Source: Verrucomicrobiota bacterium
GTDB lineage: Bacteria; Verrucomicrobiota; Verrucomicrobiia; Chthoniobacterales; UBA6821
Length of the DNA stretch: 14,145 nucleotides
Assembly (NCBI GenBank): GCA_008932965.1
Contig: WBXG01000043.1
Location: 1-14,145 of the forward strand
Direction of reading: 5' to 3'
Every line of letters begins with the position of its first letter. The stretch's first letter is position 1. A program made the translations under genes and the position numbers. Below, piece by piece: positions 9,337-14,145 of this stretch. The notes under the pieces are model-generated. The model was not told the DNA's origin, made no database searches, and worked only from the letters and a program-made list of their open reading frames with translations.

Positions 9337-10057
9337 TTGTTTCTGAGGTAGTATCCTTGAGTGCTGGAGCAACCAGACCAGCTGACATAATGAGCTTTGT
9401 GACTTGTTCAAGAGTTAAGGTGCTTTCAACCACTTTGTGATTTTCGACAATGATTAAAAAACCGGTTAGAGGATTCGGAGAATGCGGCACAAAAACCATG
9501 GTCATAGAACCTCCTAGATTGGGTTCAAAGATTTGGCCTGTCACATAACCTACTAACATGCATCCAGTAGAGGGACATTCAACGTAGGCGACACGCTTGA
9601 AATTTTCTGTTGATTTAATCGTCTTAAAAGATTCGAGTGCTTGCTTAACAACACTATAAATTTGAGCAACCAGAGGGATCTTAGCGACAAAGGCCTCAAA
9701 CATTTCCAGGATTTTATTTCCAATCACATGAGATGCCATGAAACCCAGCAACATTAAAATAAGTAATGTTGAGATAAAACCGAGTCCAGGAATACTAATC
9801 TTTAAAGCCCGATAAAGTGGGGCTGTTACTCCATTGATAAAATTGTAGGAGATTTCTAAAACCAAAACGGTGGCAATAATGGGAACTGCAACCGCAAGGC
9901 CTGTTAGCAGGCGATTCCCAAGATGACGCAAGAGAGAGAAGGATTCCTCCTCCAGAGAGGTAGCAAGAGTAGGTGATTGCAAAGAATCGTTAGTATGAGG
10001 CTCTGAGGAAGGTTTGTTCATGATCTGGAAGTGTACTCTTACCTGTTCTGAACACAA
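9299..10057 (-). CDS. DUF502-family membrane protein
   Basis: Two N-terminal TM helices (LLTGLAVAVPIIATVLVLE, GFISTLLILMLLGFMAS), then AKIPLVAQIYSVVKQ and PNPLTGFLIIV, typical of DUF502. Alternative start ATG 10021 (MNKPSSEP). The 3' end overlaps the tRNA by 38 nt on the opposite strand. Confidence 0.7.
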   Translation of the reverse strand: MCSEQVRVHFQIMNKPSSEPHTNDSLQSPTLATSLEEESFSLLRHLGNRLLTGLAVAVPIIATVLVLEISYNFINGVTAPLYRALKISIPGLGFISTLLILMLLGFMASHVIGNKILEMFEAFVAKIPLVAQIYSVVKQALESFKTIKSTENFKRVAYVECPSTGCMLVGYVTGQIFEPNLGGSMTMVFVPHSPNPLTGFLIIVENHKVVESTLTLEQVTKLIMSAGLVAPALKDTTSETMSPAGIEPTSKV

Positions 10058-10092
10058 CTCTTGTTATGCATGGATTTTAAAAATTGGACTAG

Positions 10093-10268
10093 CCCGGATA
10101 TTTCATACTGATCGCGACGAGGAAGCTGCGAAGGCTGATGGGGTAAGGCAGGCGAGCATTTTAATGCAGGGCTGTATGTGTACATACTGCACAAATCAAA
10201 ATGGGAGTCTAACGCAGCATCCATCTGACTTCCCGGCTTCCGTAGTAGATCAGTATGAAATATGCGGG
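10093..10268. mobile_element. 176-bp TIR element (copy A), MITE-like
   Basis: Termini are cccggatatttcatactgatcg and gatcagtatgaaatatgcggg, which are reverse complements with 1 mismatch. Imperfect arm pairing extends about 48 nt. CTAG on both sides (10089-10092, 10269-10272). No coding capacity. Confidence 0.8.
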
Positions 10269-10272
10269 CTAG

Positions 10273-10452
10273 CCCGCCTATCTTATACTGGTTCGTCGCA
10301 AGGCGCCGTGCAAAGCTTATTAGTGCTAGGCGGGCGGAGGATTGGGATGCCAGGCTGTAGGAGTCCCTACTGTCCAAGTCAAAATAGGAGTCTAACGCAG
10401 CATCCACCCTTGCTTTCCGGTTTCTGTGGGTGATCGGGATGAAATATCCGAG
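10273..10452. mobile_element. 180-bp TIR element (copy B), diverged, in tandem with copy A
   Basis: Same layout as A but with decayed TIRs (cccgcctatcttatactggttcg ... gatcgggatgaaatatccgag). Shares the 29-mer tcaaaatRggagtctaacgcagcatcca with A. Flanked by CTAG at 10269-10272 and 10453-10456. Confidence 0.7.
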
Positions 10453-11178
10453 CTAGGATTCGGAATGATGCCGTTTTTCAAAAGCATCTTTGTAGGGAAA
10501 GAGTCCTAATGTGGGATTATATTCTGCAAGCTGTGGAAAAAAATGCTTTCCCCATCTACTCCATAGTTGGTTCACAAAAAAAACAACAATCACTCCATCA
10601 ATTATTCCGATAGAAGCCCCAGCAATGACATCGAGTGGCCAATGGGCCCCTGTATAGACCCGAGAATAGCTAACTAAGAGGGCCACCAGAGAAAAGAAAA
10701 TTCCTAAACGCCGATAAAATAAAATAAGAACCGTCGCAGTAACAAAAATATTAGCAGCATGAGATGAGGGAAAAGAGACTCCTTGAACTTTTTTTATTGG
10801 AGGAGAAGTAATAGGAAAATCAACTTTAGGAAGAGAGAACAAAGTCGCTATTTGAGGGGATGCGGGTGCTAATTTTACACTACGAACTCCAGGCTCTACC
10901 TGCAAAGGGCGGGGCCTTCCGACTAGATGTTTGATATTGTTGACAATAATTCCATCAGTCAATCCCACTGCCAGTGCTAGGGAAAGCAACATCATGCGTA
11001 TCCTAAAATTTCCAAAAACCAGACCTAAGAGCACTCCTAATATTAGGAAGGGACGCCATGCAGAAAAATTAGTGATTCCTGCCATGAGATGATCCATCAA
11101 GGGAGAGGTCATCTCGCGATTAATCCAATGCTGTAACAGATGATCCAAGGACATGAGTGAAATGAAAATAGTATTCAT
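10453..11178 (-). CDS. PAP2-family phosphatase (undecaprenyl-diphosphate/phosphatidate phosphatase-like)
   Basis: All three PAP2 motifs: KHLVGRPRP, PSSHA, SRVYTGAHWPLD. Polytopic membrane protein. The stop codon TAG is the complement of 10453-10455, inside the CTAG flanking element B. Confidence 0.85.
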   Translation of the reverse strand: MNTIFISLMSLDHLLQHWINREMTSPLMDHLMAGITNFSAWRPFLILGVLLGLVFGNFRIRMMLLSLALAVGLTDGIIVNNIKHLVGRPRPLQVEPGVRSVKLAPASPQIATLFSLPKVDFPITSPPIKKVQGVSFPSSHAANIFVTATVLILFYRRLGIFFSLVALLVSYSRVYTGAHWPLDVIAGASIGIIDGVIVVFFVNQLWSRWGKHFFPQLAEYNPTLGLFPYKDAFEKRHHSES

Positions 11179-11332
11179 GAAATGTAATTAAGAACACTCT
11201 TTTGACAATACCTAATAACACGGATATTTCATACTGATCGTTACGTGGCGCCGTGAATCCTGATACAGACACCACCAGCAGTCGGGAGACCGCGGTGGAG
11301 ACTGCCTTGGCTTTAAGGGGGCAGCCCTGAAA

Positions 11333-11424
11333 GGGCGAGACGAGCGGGAGCGAGCGAGTCAACGAAGGTGATGGATTGCGACGACAGCTGTAGTTTGACT
11401 CGCTCGCTCCCGCTCGTCTCGCCC
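11333..11424. repeat. Perfect 29-bp inverted repeat (hairpin with a 34-nt loop) inside element C
   Basis: gggcgagacgagcgggagcgagcgagtca (11333-11361) is the exact reverse complement of tgactcgctcgctcccgctcgtctcgccc (11396-11424). Confidence 0.9.
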
Positions 11425-11526
11425 TTCGGGTTGTCGCTTTGCGACAATCTCTCCCGCAGCTTCCCCGCTGCCGGTAGTCATACTGCCCGAGGAGCAATTC
11501 GAGGCTGACGCAGTATCCATCAGGTG

Positions 11527-11555
11527 TTCGCAAGCCGCAGCAGAATCAGTATAAA
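11527..11555 (+). promoter_or_regulatory. Outward-facing sigma70-like promoter candidate in the right arm of element C, pointing at resB
   Basis: TTCGCA (11527-11532), 17-nt spacer, TATAAA (11550-11555). resB ATG is at 11657. The homologous TTCGCA-N17-TATGAA lies at 45-73, upstream of the secretin gene. Confidence 0.25.
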
Positions 11556-11656
11556 ATATTCGGGCTAGATGTTTTATTTTCATTCATTTTTGAAATACAA
11601 CAAATCTTTGATATCAAATAGCGATTTCATCCACTTTAGGTTATCTTCACCTCTTC

Positions 11657-13270
11657 ATGAATGAAGAGAAACAGAAGTCAGTCAATCCCTACCCTATCAC
11701 CAATAGAGCCCAAGCCCGTCGCAGAATGCTTGCAGAGCGGCAGAAAAACTCTCTCTTTTGGCAAGTGATTCATCTTCTAGGCTCTTTGCAACTAGCTCTT
11801 GTTTTATTAGCTACCATTGGCATTGCATGTGGTGTGGCAACTTTCACGGAATCTCATTTTGATAGTAAAGTGGCCCATGCGCTGATCTACAAAGCCCCAT
11901 GGTTCCTAGCATGGCTCGGTCTTCTTTGTCTCAATCTCTTTGCAGTGACCTTAACACGCTGGCCCTGGGAAAAAAAACATCTTGGCTTTGTCATCACGCA
12001 CTATGGAATCATTACCCTCCTTCTTGGCGCTGCAATTGGGTCCAAGTTAGGATTTGAAGGAAATGTCACCTTGCAAGTTCATGGAGCCCCAGTTCAAAAA
12101 ATTACTACGAGCCAAAGTGTGCTAGAAATAGAGACCCCTCTAAACTACCACCTCTATCTCCTCCCATTTGATGCTGCTCTCCAACGCCCAACCCTGAAGC
12201 ATCCCACACGACTTCCTATTCCAGAAACAAAACTCCATATCATCATCGATGGATGGAGTGAAAATCTTGAGGAGCAACCCAAGCTCGTTCCAAGTGAGGG
12301 AGAGAAAGAATCTGAGGCAGTACTAGTCCGTATTACGAGTCAAGCTCTTCATCAAGAACATTTGGTAGCATTAGGCTTGGGCGACAATAATGATGCTCGT
12401 TATGATTTTTTTGGCCTCGCAACGATAGATCTACTCAATTCCACAACACCCCTTCACCCCCCTTCCAAAGAAAGCACCCCTACTCCACCTCTGATTACCA
12501 ATACCTCGGCAACATCCATTACCAATACTGCTCCCCTCATTCCAGCAGCAACCCATAAACCGTGGTTGCAACTTGCTATGGACCCAGAGAAAGATGCACT
12601 CCACTTTTTACTAGGACGGGAGGATAGTATCCAAAAAAAGGGAACTCTGAGCGTTGGAGAAACACTTTTTCTGGGCTGGGCAGATTGGCAACTGGAGCTT
12701 CTTCAAAGCGGCCATCATCAACAAATTGTTTATTCCACAATGCCCATTACAAAAAACCGCTCTTCTAAAATCAAAAATCTTCCAGGAACACCAGGTTTTC
12801 ATTCTTTTTTAGAGGATCAAGAGGGAGAGAAAAGTCCTGCAACATGGGTTGCCTCTGGACAAATCACTCCCCTTATTTTAAACAACATCCCCATTCGTAT
12901 CGGCTATGGGCTGGAACTTCGACCCATTCCTTTTTCAATCGAGCTACTCGATTTTGAAATTCCTCGTGATGAGGGAACCGAGACTCCCGGTGACTTTAGA
13001 GCAATGGTGCGCTTTAACGATCGTAAAACAGGGATCTCACGAGATGGTCATATTAGAATGAATCATCCTGCGAGTTTTCCTGGTAGCTTTTTGGCCAATC
13101 TCACAGGAATGAATTATAAATTTTCACAAGCTGAGTGGAATCCACAAAACCTTCAGGAGACAACACTCCAAGTCCTCTATGATCCGGGTTGGTTACTAAA
13201 ATGGATCGGGTCGCTCGGTATCTGTATTGGCATTGCCATGATGTTCTATTGGAAAGAAAAAAAGATATAA
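11657..13270 (+). CDS. resB: Cytochrome c biogenesis protein ResB/Ccs1 (system II)
   Basis: N-terminal TM LGSLQLALVLLATIGIACGVATF, further TMs, a large soluble loop and a C-terminal TM with YDPGWLLKWIGSLGI, the typical ResB architecture. Contains a P/T-rich insert. Confidence 0.75.
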   Translation: MNEEKQKSVNPYPITNRAQARRRMLAERQKNSLFWQVIHLLGSLQLALVLLATIGIACGVATFTESHFDSKVAHALIYKAPWFLAWLGLLCLNLFAVTLTRWPWEKKHLGFVITHYGIITLLLGAAIGSKLGFEGNVTLQVHGAPVQKITTSQSVLEIETPLNYHLYLLPFDAALQRPTLKHPTRLPIPETKLHIIIDGWSENLEEQPKLVPSEGEKESEAVLVRITSQALHQEHLVALGLGDNNDARYDFFGLATIDLLNSTTPLHPPSKESTPTPPLITNTSATSITNTAPLIPAATHKPWLQLAMDPEKDALHFLLGREDSIQKKGTLSVGETLFLGWADWQLELLQSGHHQQIVYSTMPITKNRSSKIKNLPGTPGFHSFLEDQEGEKSPATWVASGQITPLILNNIPIRIGYGLELRPIPFSIELLDFEIPRDEGTETPGDFRAMVRFNDRKTGISRDGHIRMNHPASFPGSFLANLTGMNYKFSQAEWNPQNLQETTLQVLYDPGWLLKWIGSLGICIGIAMMFYWKEKKI

Positions 13271-13289
13271 TTTTCATCCTCTGATTTTT

Positions 13290-14145
13290 GTGACCGATCA
13301 TTCTCATTCTATTTCTTTTGCAAGCTTCATGCAAAAGGCACTCTATGACCCCGAGCAGGGCTACTACAGCTCTGGGCGGGTTTGTATCGGCAAAAAAGGA
13401 GATTTTTATACCAATGTGAGTGTGGGAAATATCTATGGAAAAGTCATAGGTCTTTTCATTAAGGACCTCTGGGAAGGCCTTGGAAGACCACAACCATTTT
13501 CCATTGTGGAGCAAGGAGCCCATGATGGAAGACTCGCACTCGATATTTTAGAGAGCTTACAAGAATGTAGAGAGCTTTTTAAGTGCATCCATTATCACAT
13601 TGTTGAGCCCTTCCTAATTCACCAGCGGCACCAAGAGGAGAATTTAAAAAAATTTCATAATATTTTTTGGGTGAATAAGACAGAGGCACTTCCTGAGTTC
13701 GAAGGAATTCATTTTTCCAATGAGCTACTCGATGCCTTTCCCATTGATCTTTTGTTATGGAGTGGTCAAGAGTGGCTCGAAAGACGTGTTCTTTCGCACG
13801 GAGAGGATCGTTTTTCCTGGATTACAACCCCAATTACGAAAAAAGAACTTCAAACAATCGCAGAGAAACTTCCCTCTAATCTCTCTCCAGGATTTTTGTG
13901 GGAAGTGAGGCTTGGTGTTCAACCTTGGCTCCAGGAGATTGACTCACGCATGAAGCGGGGAATGATCCTCATTGCTGACTACGGTTATGCCGGCGCTCAG
14001 CGCTTTGCTTCTTACCGAGCAGAAGGGAGCATTGCCTCTTATCAGGAGCACCGCCGTTACGATAATCCACTTGAGGAAGTAGGAAAACGGGACATCACTG
14101 CTCATATCGATTTTACAGCACTTGCCTTAATAGCACTGCACCAAA
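13290..14145 (+). CDS. SAM-dependent methyltransferase, MidA/NDUFAF7 (DUF185) family, 3'-truncated by the window end
   Basis: Not in the ORF track because there is no stop in the window. I translated it by hand in the frame of 13290. It reads ...ISFASFMQKALYDPEQGYYSSG...GDFYTNVSVG...IVEQGAHDGRLALDIL...FSNELLDAFP...ILIADYGY...DITAHIDFTAL with no stops. Start is GTG 13290 or ATG 13329. Confidence 0.75.
   Translation, partial: MTDHSHSISFASFMQKALYDPEQGYYSSGRVCIGKKGDFYTNVSVGNIYGKVIGLFIKDLWEGLGRPQPFSIVEQGAHDGRLALDILESLQECRELFKCIHYHIVEPFLIHQRHQEENLKKFHNIFWVNKTEALPEFEGIHFSNELLDAFPIDLLLWSGQEWLERRVLSHGEDRFSWITTPITKKELQTIAEKLPSNLSPGFLWEVRLGVQPWLQEIDSRMKRGMILIADYGYAGAQRFASYRAEGSIASYQEHRRYDNPLEEVGKRDITAHIDFTALALIALHQ

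Larger units (their letters stand above)
11219..11564. mobile_element. 346-bp long-form GC-rich TIR element (copy C) in the divergent PAP2/resB intergenic region
   Basis: Left cacggatatttcatactgatcg, right gaatcagtataaaatattcggg followed by CTAG. The arms are homologous to A, B and 1-82. The roughly 220-bp interior is dense with stems. By hand count, 11281-11480 is 126/200 G+C and the flank 11571-11650 is 21/80. Confidence 0.8.

Noticed and set aside
10195-10406. Possible CRISPR-like repeat (29-mer repeated at a 183-nt interval)
   Set aside because: There are only two copies, the spacing is far too long, the repeats sit inside homologous TIR elements, and no cas genes or leader are present.
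10014-10433. ORFs of 139 aa (+) and 122 aa (-, 10039..10407) spanning elements A and B
   Set aside because: They lie entirely in the repeat elements on both strands. Their internal peptide repeats (SLTQHP, LARIFHTD) simply mirror the duplicated DNA. There is no recognisable domain. Treated as non-coding.
11120-11583. ORFs of 137 aa and 74 aa on the minus strand across element C
   Set aside because: Arg/Ala/Ser-rich translations are as expected from GC-rich hairpin DNA. One overlaps the PAP2 N-terminus in another frame. No domain signal. Both read through the perfect inverted repeat.
9265-11600. Genomic island integrated at tRNA-Arg
   Set aside because: No integrase and no direct repeat of the tRNA 3' end were noticed by eye. 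Downstream genes (DUF502, PAP2, resB) look like housekeeping genes. Only the MITE-like elements are foreign-looking.
12433-12563. Pro/Thr/Ser-rich low-complexity insert in ResB (TTPLHPPSKESTPTPPLITNTSATSITNTAPLIPAAT)
   Set aside because: It is most simply a flexible linker in the variable soluble loop of ResB. There is no repeat structure at the DNA level and nothing suggests a separate feature.

Overview
Low-GC bacterial chromosome segment, mostly housekeeping genes. The gene content and the secretin N-terminal architecture suggest a PVC/Verrucomicrobia-like organism, but that is a tentative guess. Plus strand: a frame-interrupted GspD/PilQ-type secretin, coaE, an N-terminally extended rho, an AhpE-like peroxiredoxin, acnA, nadA, tRNA-Arg(CCU), resB/ccs1 and a 3'-truncated MidA/NDUFAF7-like methyltransferase. 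Minus strand: dgkA, a DUF502 membrane protein and a PAP2 phosphatase. No defence, CRISPR, toxin or phage module is visible. The unusual content is non-coding. A family of GC-rich, hairpin-forming elements with terminal inverted repeats (TIR consensus about cccgGATATTTCATACTGATCG) fills nearly every intergenic gap over 100 bp. There are at least six copies or fragments plus one 12-nt footprint, always next to a TA embedded in CTAG or TTAA. The copies are a tandem 176/180-bp pair, a 346-bp long form with a perfect 29-bp stem, a 102-bp deleted form touching the nadA start, and a head-to-head junction at the window edge. Several element ends face the adjacent gene start and carry sigma70-like hexamers. 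The A/B pair shares a 29-mer that is better conserved than the TIRs, and a hairpin with one compensatory change. The element could therefore be a Correia-like regulatory MITE or a structured-RNA family rather than inert junk. The second notable item is the secretin gene. Its two halves are joined by a -1 frame change across an A8 run that forms a dnaX-type A_AAA_AAG heptamer in the zero frame.
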